Assembly (NCBI GenBank): GCA_023254095.1
Contig: JALNLM010000004.1
Location: forward strand, 9,359 to 73,358
Direction of reading: 5' to 3'
Length of the DNA: 64,000 nucleotides
From: Candidatus Geocrenenecus huangii
GTDB lineage: Archaea; Thermoproteota; Nitrososphaeria_A; Caldarchaeales; Wolframiiraptoraceae
Shown here piece by piece: positions 51,151-61,898 of the stretch (position 1 is the stretch's first letter; the number at the start of each line of letters is the position of its first letter). Both the position numbers and the translations under genes were made by a program. The notes under the pieces were generated by a model. That model was not told where the DNA came from. It saw nothing but the letters and a program-made list of their open reading frames with translations, and made no database searches.

Positions 51151-52143
51151 TTAATAAATGCGGTTATTATTGAGGTCGTTTATAATCTTCTTTATCTCCT
51201 TAAGCGCCCATAGTGTTCTAGGTCCTGTAGGCGCGCCTACCACTATCTGGGTGTACCCTATCTCGACTATCTCTCTAATTCTCTCCTCGAGCACTTTAGG
51301 ATGCCCAACGATCGCTAATCTCTCAACCACTTCTACATCGAGGAGGTCGTATAGCTTTAGCCAATCTGCTCTCTGAACTGCTTCTCTTATCTTTACCATC
51401 TTATCTTCTTCTATATCTATACTGTCTATTATCTTTTCTGGAAGCCCTGACAGTATGTAGGCAGCGTAAGGAGTCACTGTTTTGACAGCTCTCCTAAGAT
51501 CCACATCTAAGGAGATCGTTAGATACGCTGCTAAGTCGATCTCTTCTATCCTTTTACCAGCTTTCTCCACTCCCTTCATTACCTCGCCGTACGCCCATCT
51601 CAAATCTTCAACAGCTGAGTAGTTTACTAGTACGCCATCCCCTATCTCTCCACTTAATTGAAGCATCCTGGGACCTTGAGCGCCAACATACAGTAGTAAA
51701 TTGCCTCTAGGGTTAAAGTCTAACCTACCATGTATATTATCTCTTAATGTTATCCTTTTCTCAGTTAATAATTTACGAATGATTGTCGCTGCTTCTCTAA
51801 CTTTCTCCAATGGCTTAACTCTTTCTATGCCAAGGCTTTCAAGAACTGTCTTGTCTCCCGCTCCTATGGCCAGTCTAACTCTTCCCGGAGCGATCTCTAG
51901 AAGTGATGCAGATAATTGAGCTATCACAAATGGGTTTACAGTGTATGGATTAACTACGCCTAGACCTATCCAGACTCTATCAATGTTCTTCAATAAATGT
52001 GAAGCTATGATAAAGCTACTTCTATTGTGTGGATGCTCGCTTAGCCATACGCCTGGAAATCCGAGATCGCCGATAATATATGTTAATAAGTCGATCTTCC
52101 ATAAAGGATCTTTTGGGACGACTTCTACTGTGAATACCGTCAT
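51151..52143 (-). CDS. Mer-like LLM-class (F420-type) oxidoreductase
   Basis: WLSEH..NR, GVVNPY, GAGD and GAQGPRML motifs. Confidence 0.8.
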   Translation of the reverse strand: MTVFTVEVVPKDPLWKIDLLTYIIGDLGFPGVWLSEHPHNRSSFIIASHLLKNIDRVWIGLGVVNPYTVNPFVIAQLSASLLEIAPGRVRLAIGAGDKTVLESLGIERVKPLEKVREAATIIRKLLTEKRITLRDNIHGRLDFNPRGNLLLYVGAQGPRMLQLSGEIGDGVLVNYSAVEDLRWAYGEVMKGVEKAGKRIEEIDLAAYLTISLDVDLRRAVKTVTPYAAYILSGLPEKIIDSIDIEEDKMVKIREAVQRADWLKLYDLLDVEVVERLAIVGHPKVLEERIREIVEIGYTQIVVGAPTGPRTLWALKEIKKIINDLNNNRIY

Positions 52144-52409
52144 CTCGGGTTTTCAGCCCCCAGCTCATCTAGTATCTTCTTGAACTTTGCAGGCTCAGCT
52201 ATTGACACAGCATATACGAGTTCTCCTATGAGCTCATCTCTGCTAAATCCTCCCTCCCTATAAGCTTTATTTATCTTCCATCCAACATCATCTGGAACCA
52301 TCTCCAAATTAACAGAGGACAACAGTATGTCAAGTAATTCTTCCACTAGAGATCCTCTATCCTCGATTGATAGTTTCCTGATAATTTCTAGGAATCTATC
52401 TATGCTCAT
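52140..52409 (-). CDS. hypothetical protein coupled to the Mer-like gene
   Basis: ATGA overlap with the downstream gene; helical composition. Confidence 0.7.
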   Translation of the reverse strand: MSIDRFLEIIRKLSIEDRGSLVEELLDILLSSVNLEMVPDDVGWKINKAYREGGFSRDELIGELVYAVSIAEPAKFKKILDELGAENPR

Positions 52410-52877
52410 GTATCCTCGTATAGCTTAAGAAAATGTAGGGATTTAAAAATACTAGTATATAAAAAGCAGGGTTTAGAGACCTATCTGAAGGGTGTTTGGC
52501 AACCCAGTTAGCATCAAATCCTACAAACCTCGTTGTAGGCCTTTAGGGGCCTATTCTCTGAGAGTCTACATATGCGTGGAGACGATGAGTGAGACCTAAT
52601 AGCTTTAGTTATCCGATGTACTGCATCTCATAGAGTTTGTGGACAGGCTAAAAGTCTTCTATATCATCTTGACTGATAACGTAGTGATGGTTTCAGAGCT
52701 GAGGAACCAGGTGAGTTTGGAGATTCCGTATTTTATAGGTGTCCTGAATGCGGTGCTGAGTTCTCTCTCAAAGACTTTAAGAAAGATCGTAGATAGATTA
52801 GTCGAAGGAGGGAAATCCATTAAGACGTATCTGTAGGAGATGTAAGAGAGATAGATTATATCATCGGTTATGATATA

Positions 52878-53051
52878 ATGATGATAGGATACTGCATTAC
52901 AATCTACGATGGCAAACCACGATATTATAGAGATGAAATATGCGATCGAATCTTTGAAGAGAGAAAGAAGTTCATATGTCCGAGATGCTACTTCACGTCA
53001 TCCAATCTAGAAGATATAGTAGAAGTAAGGAATGATACACGAGTGAAGTAG
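52878..53051 (+). CDS. small putative Zn-finger protein or gene remnant
   Basis: Manual translation: MMIGYCITIYDGKPRYYRDEICDRIFEERKKFICPRCYF... Confidence 0.35.
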   Translation: MMIGYCITIYDGKPRYYRDEICDRIFEERKKFICPRCYFTSSNLEDIVEVRNDTRVK

Positions 53052-53137
53052 CGATAAAGATTAGTAAGTAAGATGTATTGTATGTGTTGCTAAGCTCTTA
53101 AATTTAAAGCTTAGACATTATTACATTTGAATGGAGA

Positions 53138-54214
53138 TTGGGAGAATATTGGTTTAAGTATGGGGTTACAGAAGTTTTCGCAGATATAAGTGACGAAGTT
53201 AGAGTTGATAAGATATCTACATCATACTCTAGTTTGAAATATGACTATTCCGTAATCTCGAAGATAGCTAACGAAATCGCCGAAGGTGAGAATATAGCCT
53301 TAATCTTTGATTATTCGTCTTCCAGAGATCTCGATCTGCTGAAGTCCCTAATCGCAGAGCTTGAGGCTAAAGGGGTTGAAAAGAACAAGTTCAGGATCTT
53401 GGCTTCTTCATGGAGGATTAATCGGAAAATCTTAGAGAAAGAAATAGAGGAGATCTTGAAACCATATAGAGGCAACATAATCTACCCATGGAGCGAGAGC
53501 AAAGTAGAGTATAAAGGGTTCATGATCTCGAGAAGTATTATTGACTCACAAGTTAAAATCTACATATCTACGATTCTCCCACACGGTATACTGGGATTTC
53601 CATCTATAAGCAACTCACTTAAACTTTCAGGGTGGATTAATGGAGATATAATGGATGATAGTAGTTACTGGTTTAAGTTAAGAGATGAATTAGATTTTAT
53701 GGGGGTCTGCATCGCAGGCGATAATGTTTATTCTGGATATCTGTATGAGATTGAGAATGAATGCCTTAAGAACACCGTGGATAAGTATACCGTGAAGGTC
53801 GATTATGAGGCAGACATACTGCTCGTAGATGGATTAGGATGGCCGTGGGACTCGACGCTTGAGGACAGCTTACATATAGTAAACCTGGTATGCGAGGGGG
53901 TTCGAGAAGGAGGGTTGATCGGTTTAATATCTGAGTGTAGAGAGGGGCTTGGAAGCAGCGTTTTCATAAAAGCATTGCTCTCCAAGACCTTCGAGGAAGA
54001 TACTTTAGGTGTGAAAACACTCAAAAAGACCATGGAGTTGTTAGAGAAGAAGAAGCTTGCTTTTGTAACGACAATCCCTAGAAGCATCCTCGAGAAAACA
54101 CTTAATTCAAGAGGTTTCGACACCGTTCAAGACCTGTTAACGTATGCTTTTAGGATTTACAGTAAACAAGCTGTAGTTAGAATAGTTGATGGAAGTATTC
54201 GTCTTATCAAATAG
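53138..54214 (+). CDS. divergent LarA (lactate racemase)-like protein
   Basis: W.KYG N-terminus; GWPWD and GVREGGLIGLISECREGLG C-terminal domain. Confidence 0.65.
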   Translation: MGEYWFKYGVTEVFADISDEVRVDKISTSYSSLKYDYSVISKIANEIAEGENIALIFDYSSSRDLDLLKSLIAELEAKGVEKNKFRILASSWRINRKILEKEIEEILKPYRGNIIYPWSESKVEYKGFMISRSIIDSQVKIYISTILPHGILGFPSISNSLKLSGWINGDIMDDSSYWFKLRDELDFMGVCIAGDNVYSGYLYEIENECLKNTVDKYTVKVDYEADILLVDGLGWPWDSTLEDSLHIVNLVCEGVREGGLIGLISECREGLGSSVFIKALLSKTFEEDTLGVKTLKKTMELLEKKKLAFVTTIPRSILEKTLNSRGFDTVQDLLTYAFRIYSKQAVVRIVDGSIRLIK

Positions 54215-54238
54215 AGTAAACTGGTCTAGAATAAGAGG

Positions 54239-55342
54239 CTAACTTACAATAAAGAATCTGAGCGGTACGAAGGTTAACGCTAGTATTATGAAGACTAGTG
54301 GTATAGCTGTTTTCCGTCTTTTAGAGAGTGGTGAGACTTGGTCTAGTGGAGGTATGTCAGGTGTTCTAGGCATTAACAAGAGTATAAGAATCGCAAAGAA
54401 GAAATATCCAGTAATAGCGAATATTACAACGGAGACGTATCCCGCGATCCTATGCTGCCTCCTGCTTAGGAAACTTCTGAAAACTCTACCACCATCAAGT
54501 TGCCAAGCGGGGAAAAGGTTTAAAGCAGTTACAAGCATTCCAAGCCATGCTGCGAACCCTATCGTTGAAAATAGCGGAACCATATCCGGTCTACCGAATA
54601 GTGGGCGTGCAAGATAGAATATTAAAGGTGAAGGTAGGAGGAAACCGCCCTCGGCTAGAACTTGATTAATTATCGTATCATATTCTGTTTCTGGAATCCA
54701 TCTAGCCGTCATAAAAGAGACGAGGAGTACCCCTATACTTACTATAAAGCCTCCTATAGGTCCGCTAATACCTATGTCGAACATATCATCTCTATTGATT
54801 ATAGGGCTTTTCTGGAAGATCAGAGCACCGAAAGTCGGAATCATAGTAGGTATGCCTGGGATGAAGTATGGTGGACTCGACTCCATGTAGTCTATCTTCG
54901 CAGATATCTTGTGGCCGAGTTCATGTACCCCTATTATAGACATCAAGGCAACTGCGAAGAGTAATGCGTCTATAAACCTATCTAGGAACCCCGTCTTACC
55001 TGTAATGATCTCATACACGGTCGTAGTAGATCTCAGGTATCCGTCTATAGATATTGTTATCAACGTTGCTATGAAGAGCAGTAGAGGAAGTATACGGGAC
55101 TTCGGTATAGGTATCTCAACCCGAGGTTTCGGGAATATTCTTATAATTATCTTACCATCTTCTCTAGTTGCTGTAGGGACTAAATCATGTTGTTTAAGCT
55201 CTTTATAGAGATGTCTAAATTTCTCTTTTATGTCTTCATCATATACTCTAAAAGTCAGGATTCCTGCATCTAGATACACGTCTAGGATGGTAAAGTATCT
55301 CCCAACTATAGTTTTGACAGAGTCAAGATCGTTTACATACAT
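54239..55342 (-). CDS. site-2 (M50) intramembrane metalloprotease
   Basis: HELGH, GP..G and NLFPAWQLDGG motifs. Confidence 0.92.
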   Translation of the reverse strand: MYVNDLDSVKTIVGRYFTILDVYLDAGILTFRVYDEDIKEKFRHLYKELKQHDLVPTATREDGKIIIRIFPKPRVEIPIPKSRILPLLLFIATLITISIDGYLRSTTTVYEIITGKTGFLDRFIDALLFAVALMSIIGVHELGHKISAKIDYMESSPPYFIPGIPTMIPTFGALIFQKSPIINRDDMFDIGISGPIGGFIVSIGVLLVSFMTARWIPETEYDTIINQVLAEGGFLLPSPLIFYLARPLFGRPDMVPLFSTIGFAAWLGMLVTALNLFPAWQLDGGRVFRSFLSRRQHRIAGYVSVVIFAITGYFFFAILILLLMPRTPDIPPLDQVSPLSKRRKTAIPLVFIILALTFVPLRFFIVS

Positions 55343-55669
55343 TGCTTATTCCTTTACCCTTAACCACTTAAATGTATTATTTGTATTTTAAACCTTTCTG
55401 GAAACACTGAATTTAAGTAATAGACATAACACATCAAAGTTTGTGGAACACTTTTCCAAGTCTCTATTCAAAATTGTAGACTAGAGATATAAATGAGACT
55501 CTCTTAAGATGCACCTATAGTTAAAGAACTAAGAAGAATCGGAGATCTAACTTATCATTAATCTAAGACCTTCTAGCAGTATTCTACAATATTACATTGA
55601 CCACAATGGATCTTACTTAGTTGAATATGAGCAATATTTATGCCTTGGAATTTTTAATGTATTTCTGGA

Positions 55670-56182
55670 TTGGTGACTGTGGAAGCAAAACCTGAGAAGC
55701 CCTTCATTACTAGAGAAGCTTCAGAAAAAGACCTGATCGCGGTTATGAACATTAATCGGATATGTCTCCCAGAAAATTATACGTACGGGTTCTTCGAGAT
55801 GATTCTTCATTCTTATCCTAAGAGCTTCCTAGTAGCTGAAATTGATGGACACATAGCAGGATACATTATGTGTAGAGTTGAAAGAATATTATCAAGATTT
55901 CAAAGATTCAAGATCTCTAAAGCAGGTCACGTAATATCTATAGCCGTACTGCCTGAATACAGAAAGATAGGGATAGCTTCTTCTCTACTTAAGAATGCCA
56001 TGAAGGTCTTGAGAGAAGTTTATGGCTGTAGCGAGATATTCCTCGAGGTAAGAGTCTCGAATATCCCTGCAATAAACCTGTATGAAAAAATTGGATTTAT
56101 AAAAGTAGATATTATCAAAAAATATTACATAGACGGTGAAGATGCATACGTGATGGCTAGAGAACTGACAAATATAGATTAA
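55670..56182 (+). CDS. N-terminal acetyltransferase (Ard1/RimI)
   Basis: CLPENY, GHVISIAV, LEVRVSN and YY.DGEDA motifs. Confidence 0.92.
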   Translation: MVTVEAKPEKPFITREASEKDLIAVMNINRICLPENYTYGFFEMILHSYPKSFLVAEIDGHIAGYIMCRVERILSRFQRFKISKAGHVISIAVLPEYRKIGIASSLLKNAMKVLREVYGCSEIFLEVRVSNIPAINLYEKIGFIKVDIIKKYYIDGEDAYVMARELTNID

Positions 56183-56309
56183 GCTTCTTAGCTATTTGTC
56201 CCTAACTTCGTCTCTTTCGCCTCAACCTTAAGAAGGAAATCTTTGTTAGAGATTGTTTAAGAGGGAAACTATAATAAGATGTTTTTACTGTTTTAGATGG
56301 GTATCTAGG

Positions 56310-56594
56310 TTGCCATATAAGAGGAAGAATAGGGGTAGGAGGAAAGGGGATAAAGGAAGCGAGCCGGCTGTTCAATGCGATAATTGTGGAGCATTCGTTC
56401 CCAGAAGCAAGATTCAGAGAGTTACAACACGTGTCTCCCTAGTAAGAGGAGATCTAGCTAGAGAACTCAAGCAAATGGGTGCATATATCGCTGAAAACGT
56501 CGTAGTCAAGAATCTATGCATAAGCTGTGCAATTCACTACGGAATCTTAAAAGTGAGAGCAAGAGAAGAAAGAAGACCGAGACAATTTCTGTAG
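56310..56594 (+). CDS. rps26e: 30S ribosomal protein S26e
   Basis: PYKRKNRGR, CDNC and CISCAIH; start probably the TTG at 56310. Confidence 0.93.
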   Translation: MPYKRKNRGRRKGDKGSEPAVQCDNCGAFVPRSKIQRVTTRVSLVRGDLARELKQMGAYIAENVVVKNLCISCAIHYGILKVRAREERRPRQFL

Positions 56595-56695
56595 ATGTTC
56601 TCCATGTAGGTTTTCTCTTTATAGCTATACTGGTTAGATCTGACGGCTACTACTAGCCAGAGTACTAACATCAACATTATAACCGACCGAATAGA

Positions 56696-58135
56696 TTGTT
56701 AGTTAGACTGCGGATGTTTAGAGTTGATGATGTAGCCGTACGTCTTCTAAGCTATGGTCCATCAGCAAAAATCGAGGGAGTCGAACTAGGTCCAGATATA
56801 TTGATAGCTCTTGAAGGATTAGGAACGTTCAAAGGCGTAACCATCGAGGACAGATTCAAAGAACTTCAAGCTAAGAGTAGAGACCTCATAGACGTGGCCT
56901 CAAATATGCACAAGGAATCTACTAGACGTGGACATGCTTCTCTTACAACGTCTCTAATACTACAATTCGAGGTAAATCCGTGTAGTAGAGTTTCAACAAT
57001 TCTTCTTGCAGCACAGCCTTTCGGCTCATACTTACAGGAGTCTCAGAGAAGAAGACAGGTAAAAATAGATGATTTCATCATACCTCCAGAGATAGTTAAA
57101 GTAGAGAGGTATTCGAGGATCTACCATGAAGTGATCTATCATGCTTGGAAATGCTACAGGTCCCTTATCGATAAAGGGGTGCCAATAGAGGATGCACGTT
57201 ACCTTCTCCCGTTATCTTCTCGAACATCGATATTCGTAACTGGGAGCCTTGAATCATTCATCTGGCTAATATACTCTTCAGAGAATAGGGATGCATGGTA
57301 TTTTCCATCAGAGTTAAAGAAGATAGGAGAATTAATCAATAAGACGGCCTCGAGTGTTTCTCCATTACTTACTTCAGCCCGCCTCTCATTTAAGCCTCTA
57401 AGTTACGTCTATCCATATCCAGACTTATACAAGCGAGAAGATAAGGCAATAGAGGAAATAATCAGGAAGCATCACGTACCTAATCAGCTAATACTCTTAG
57501 ACTTCAGAGTTGAAGAAGGAATAGATGGTCTAATTCAACATGCTTTAAAGAATCCTGAATGCATGAATTCTCTAAATCCGCTAATTTATGCTGTAACTCT
57601 TGAACCGCTCTCACTTGCAGCATATCATCAATCTATAAGGCATAGAACCGTTCCGACATCGGTTGAATCGATCTATAAAGCAGTGGAGAGGGCTGAGAAA
57701 AAACCTGAAGCTAACGTCATTATCCCACCAACTATAAAATCTAGAGAGGAAACGGTCAACATATTTAATGATGTTGTCTACAGATTATTAGAGGCATACT
57801 CAAATCTAATAGCTGAGAATTTACCTCCGTCAGAGGCCATATATCTTTGCCCTCAAGCATTAAGGATATACGCTGTAAGGAGGTATGATGCATTCAATCT
57901 ACTCTGGCCACAGGGATACATTGGTACAAGAACGTGTAGCTACGCTCAGTGGGAAGAGAGAATGATTGCTTACAGTATATGGAGGGGTATAGAAAAGTTT
58001 TCACCCGACATAGGTAGGTTAATGGGGGAAAAATGTAAACATCTAGGATACTGCCCAGAGAAGGATTGGTGTCAAATAATAAAGAAATACTTTCCCGACT
58101 ATAATGATGAAATACATAGGAAGATGATGGAATAG
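56696..58135 (+). CDS. thyX: FAD-dependent thymidylate synthase with tandem domains
   Basis: GHAS, QESQR and EDARYLLP in domain 1; HQSIRHR, RTC and AQWE in domain 2. Confidence 0.85.
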   Translation: MLVRLRMFRVDDVAVRLLSYGPSAKIEGVELGPDILIALEGLGTFKGVTIEDRFKELQAKSRDLIDVASNMHKESTRRGHASLTTSLILQFEVNPCSRVSTILLAAQPFGSYLQESQRRRQVKIDDFIIPPEIVKVERYSRIYHEVIYHAWKCYRSLIDKGVPIEDARYLLPLSSRTSIFVTGSLESFIWLIYSSENRDAWYFPSELKKIGELINKTASSVSPLLTSARLSFKPLSYVYPYPDLYKREDKAIEEIIRKHHVPNQLILLDFRVEEGIDGLIQHALKNPECMNSLNPLIYAVTLEPLSLAAYHQSIRHRTVPTSVESIYKAVERAEKKPEANVIIPPTIKSREETVNIFNDVVYRLLEAYSNLIAENLPPSEAIYLCPQALRIYAVRRYDAFNLLWPQGYIGTRTCSYAQWEERMIAYSIWRGIEKFSPDIGRLMGEKCKHLGYCPEKDWCQIIKKYFPDYNDEIHRKMME

Positions 58136-58166
58136 CATTGTCAATTCTGCTTTAAGGAATACATAG

Positions 58167-58964
58167 TTACTCGAGGCTTACAACCTCGATTACCTCTCCA
58201 TCAACAATTTTTACCCCTCTCGGAACAATGCCGTAGAATCTACATGAGAAGATCGTTTTTAGCCTTCCATTAAATAATTCTCCATACCCTTCTGGGTAAG
58301 GTTCATGTGCTCGAACAAGCATCTTAAGATTATTCTTCTCCATAAAAAGATTGAATGCTCTCCAACCATATAGCTTGGCCCCTCCTCCTCTCCAACTAGG
58401 TGTAAACCATTCAACATCCTCTGAAGGATCATTCCACAATAACTGGAAACCTATCATGTTCCTAGGACTAAGCTCACCTTTAGGTATAGTGTTTACTTCT
58501 TCGATTTTATCCAGGCCCTCGGGTACACCACCATGTACAGCGAATACTTTCTTATGGATTAGAGCAGCATAGGGTAGCTTCGAGAAAAGTTTTGCAAAGG
58601 AATCATATAGGTCTGGACCATACCTAGAATACACGACGTCCATAAACCCATACCATCTATTTATCTCGACGGTCTCATGATTTCCTCTTAGCATTAATAG
58701 ATTATCTCCCCAGCTGAGTTTCGATTCTAGAAGTTTAACGATGTTCTCTACCTGTCTGGGACCTCTATCAACGTAATCTCCTAGGAATAGTAGTTTAAGC
58801 CCTCCTCTCTCAGCGATCTTAAAAGCATTAGTAGTGGTTTCTTCATCTCCATGAGTATCTCCAACAACTAGAAAATCTCCAAATTCTTGGACTACTAGCT
58901 GTGGCTCACCCTCAAAGAGAGGCTCAGAAGATTCTATCAGATTCTTAATCACTGCTTTATTCAT
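58167..58964 (-). CDS. PPP-family Ser/Thr protein phosphatase
   Basis: GDTHG, GDYVDRG, RGNHE, HGG, LLWNDP and RAHE motifs. Confidence 0.92.
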   Translation of the reverse strand: MNKAVIKNLIESSEPLFEGEPQLVVQEFGDFLVVGDTHGDEETTTNAFKIAERGGLKLLFLGDYVDRGPRQVENIVKLLESKLSWGDNLLMLRGNHETVEINRWYGFMDVVYSRYGPDLYDSFAKLFSKLPYAALIHKKVFAVHGGVPEGLDKIEEVNTIPKGELSPRNMIGFQLLWNDPSEDVEWFTPSWRGGGAKLYGWRAFNLFMEKNNLKMLVRAHEPYPEGYGELFNGRLKTIFSCRFYGIVPRGVKIVDGEVIEVVSLE

Positions 58965-59043
58965 AACTCGAAGATAGAGTAATCAATGCTGTCTAATCAA
59001 TCTATCGTAATATCAAAGTATTAAGAAAAAATTCTGTTATGTT

Positions 59044-59931
59044 TTAGCGGCCGGCTTTCTTAAGAACTTTCTTTAGAAGCTCAGGTATCTGGGATGGTAG
59101 TTCAGCCACTTCTACTCCCGCTTCTTTGAGTGCTTTGATTTTGCTAGTTGCGTCCCCCACGCCCATGGATATTATTGCTCCTGCATGGCCCATTCTCTTA
59201 CCTGGCGGAGCGGTCCTACCAGCTATGTAGGCCACTACGGGTTTCTCGTAATCTTGCTCTATTATGTATCTTGCAGCTCTCTCCTCCATGTCTCCTCCTA
59301 TCTCTCCTATCAAGATGACTGCGACTGTTTCTTCATCTTCCCTAAACATCTCTAATGCATCTATGAAAGATGTTCCCGGGACTGGGTCTCCGCCTATACC
59401 TATAGATGTACTCTGACCTATCCCTGCCTTAGTCATAGCGTAAGCTATCTCGTATGTTAGAGTACCGCTCCTAGAGACTATGCCGACTCTTCCCTTAGAA
59501 AATACGTGCCCAGGCATTATGCCGACTTTCGATACTTCCGGCGAGATCACACCTGGACAGTTAGGTCCAATAATTGTTACGCCGCTCAGCCTTGCATATC
59601 TAACGAATCTCATTGTTTCATGGACTGGGATGCCCTCGGTTATCACGACTATGAGGTCTAAGCCCGCATCGATTGCTTCATAGACGGCGTCCGCTGCAAA
59701 CCTCGATGGAACAAAGATTATAGAAGTGTTTAGTTCTTGGTGTTTTCTAACTGCTTCCATTACGTTATCGTAGACCGGTACTCCCTCGACTACTGTTCCA
59801 CCTTTGCCTGGTGTCACTCCTGCAAGTATCTTCGTTCCATAGTTTAGCATTGCTCTTGTATGGAAGCTCCCTTCCCTACCAGTTATCCCCTGAACAACGA
59901 CTCTCGTATCGGAATCTATTAGGACCGTCAT
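59044..59931 (-). CDS. sucD: succinyl-CoA synthetase alpha subunit
   Basis: QGITG, GPNCPG, SRSGTL and RMGHAGA motifs. Confidence 0.96.
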   Translation of the reverse strand: MTVLIDSDTRVVVQGITGREGSFHTRAMLNYGTKILAGVTPGKGGTVVEGVPVYDNVMEAVRKHQELNTSIIFVPSRFAADAVYEAIDAGLDLIVVITEGIPVHETMRFVRYARLSGVTIIGPNCPGVISPEVSKVGIMPGHVFSKGRVGIVSRSGTLTYEIAYAMTKAGIGQSTSIGIGGDPVPGTSFIDALEMFREDEETVAVILIGEIGGDMEERAARYIIEQDYEKPVVAYIAGRTAPPGKRMGHAGAIISMGVGDATSKIKALKEAGVEVAELPSQIPELLKKVLKKAGR

Positions 59932-61061
59932 CTTCTCCCACCCAGCTCTACAGCTTTCCTAGCTGCTTCATCCATTTCTTCTAGAACATACATCCTGTTT
60001 TCTTCAAGGATTCTTCTTCCTTCTTCTTCGTTCGTTCCTTTAAGTCTTACAACAATCTTCTTCATCGCTCCAGTTTTTTCTAATGCTCTAACTATTCCAT
60101 TAGCTACTTCATCGCATCTAGTTATTCCGCCGAGTATGTTGATGAAAACCACCTCCGTCTTCGGATGTTGGAGTAGTAGGCTCACGGCTCTCTCAACGAG
60201 GTCTGCCCTAGCCCCTCCACCTATATCTAGGAAGTTTGCGGGTCTCCCTCCGAGAACATATACTGAATCCATTGTGGCCATAGTTAACCCCGCTCCATTG
60301 CATAGTATCCCAATATTCCCATCTAATTCTACATAGCTGAAGTTCATCTTCTTCGCTTCAGCTTCATAGTATGTTAGGTCTCTAACTAACTCGCTTGAAA
60401 ACTCCGGATACTTGTATAGAGCATTATCATCGAGGATCACTTTTGCATCTATTGCTTCTAATCCACCCTCAGGAGTTAGAGCAAGAGGGTTTATCTCGGC
60501 AAGCTCGCAGTTATAGTAATCAAAGACTCGGTAAAGGTTAATAATTATTTCTTGAGCTTTCTTTAATGCTGGCTCACTTAGCTCAAGAAATCTAGCTGCT
60601 TGTCTTGCTTGATAGTCTCTAATCCCTATTATTGGGTCAACGACGATTCTGAGTATCTTCTCAGGCTTTGTACGGGCCAGTTCTTCAATATCAACTCCAC
60701 CTTCAGGTGAAGCCAAGATGACTGGCGCTCCAATACTTCTATCAATAATAATACTTAGGTATAGTTCTCTATCTATATCTACGGCTCTGGAAACTATTAT
60801 CTTGTTTACCTTCTCTCCCTTGATTTCTGATCCAAGCATTTGCTTAGCATAACCGTATGCTTCATCAGGGTTATCTGCAAGCTTAACCCCTCCAGCTTTG
60901 CCCCTACCCGCAACCAAGACTTGCGCCTTAATAACTACTCTGCCAGCAATCTCTTCCGCAGCTTCCCGAGCTCCTTCAGGAGTAGACACAGTCTTGAACC
61001 TAGGTACAGGAATACCGAACCGAGTAAAAATATTTCTAGCCTCATACTCGTACAGCTTCAT
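59928..61061 (-). CDS. sucC: succinyl-CoA synthetase beta subunit
   Basis: KAQV..GRGKAGG, EINPL, NGAGL and GGITRCD motifs. Confidence 0.96.
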   Translation of the reverse strand: MKLYEYEARNIFTRFGIPVPRFKTVSTPEGAREAAEEIAGRVVIKAQVLVAGRGKAGGVKLADNPDEAYGYAKQMLGSEIKGEKVNKIIVSRAVDIDRELYLSIIIDRSIGAPVILASPEGGVDIEELARTKPEKILRIVVDPIIGIRDYQARQAARFLELSEPALKKAQEIIINLYRVFDYYNCELAEINPLALTPEGGLEAIDAKVILDDNALYKYPEFSSELVRDLTYYEAEAKKMNFSYVELDGNIGILCNGAGLTMATMDSVYVLGGRPANFLDIGGGARADLVERAVSLLLQHPKTEVVFINILGGITRCDEVANGIVRALEKTGAMKKIVVRLKGTNEEEGRRILEENRMYVLEEMDEAARKAVELGGRR

Positions 61062-61160
61062 ACAGCATAGATGGTATGAACTATATAATGAATTTTATTC
61101 ATACATTATATTCCTGATTAACTATGGGGGGAATCTTCTAACTCTTAACGGTTGCGAGTT

Positions 61161-61778
61161 TTATTCCTTGCTCTTCGGCTTTATGTATATTTTACTACCT
61201 ATGATTGTATTGTTTGGAACCAATATTTTCACACCATCGGACTTCATGAGTACCGTGAAGAGTGTTGAAACATCTTCTACAACGCCTTCTTCTCCACCGA
61301 GAACTGCGGTGTCTCCAATCTTGACAGGCCTTGCTATTAATAAGAGTAATCCTGAAATTGCTTGGCCAAGTACTTGCTGTGAGGCAAACCCTATAACCAT
61401 CCCTATAAATCCTCCTAGAGCCACTCCAGCTGCACCTCCTGCTACGCCTCCAGCTATACCTGCCAGAAGAGCCCCCACACCCACGATCTTAACAATGTTC
61501 CTTACCGCCGCGGATGTTGAATGATCATATTTTGCTCTCATAGACCAGTAGAAAAATGTTGCAATGCTATTAACTATCAAGTACCCGAATCCTACTGCGA
61601 GAAGTATGTTCACGTATCCTAGGTAGTCTATGAGGTTTATCTCATATCTTAATAGAAGGTCTTTGAAGACCCATTGTATAACAGCGGCAACGGCTACGTA
61701 CGATCCAATGTATAGAATAGTTTTTACTAAAGAGGTGGTTGTCTTCTTCGCAATCTCGGATTTAGTTAATTCGAGCAT
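61161..61778 (-). CDS. small-conductance mechanosensitive channel family protein (short)
   Basis: GFASQ..L....SG, RPVKIGD and VPN motifs. Confidence 0.85.
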   Translation of the reverse strand: MLELTKSEIAKKTTTSLVKTILYIGSYVAVAAVIQWVFKDLLLRYEINLIDYLGYVNILLAVGFGYLIVNSIATFFYWSMRAKYDHSTSAAVRNIVKIVGVGALLAGIAGGVAGGAAGVALGGFIGMVIGFASQQVLGQAISGLLLLIARPVKIGDTAVLGGEEGVVEDVSTLFTVLMKSDGVKILVPNNTIIGSKIYIKPKSKE

Positions 61779-61898
61779 GTAGATGTCTATAGTTAATATC
61801 GGATAAATATTTTTCCATCCGAATAATCCTTACGAGAATGTTCGTTGATAAGAGAGTATCCTTATATTTTGATGAGACCATGTTAAGAAGATGACTAC

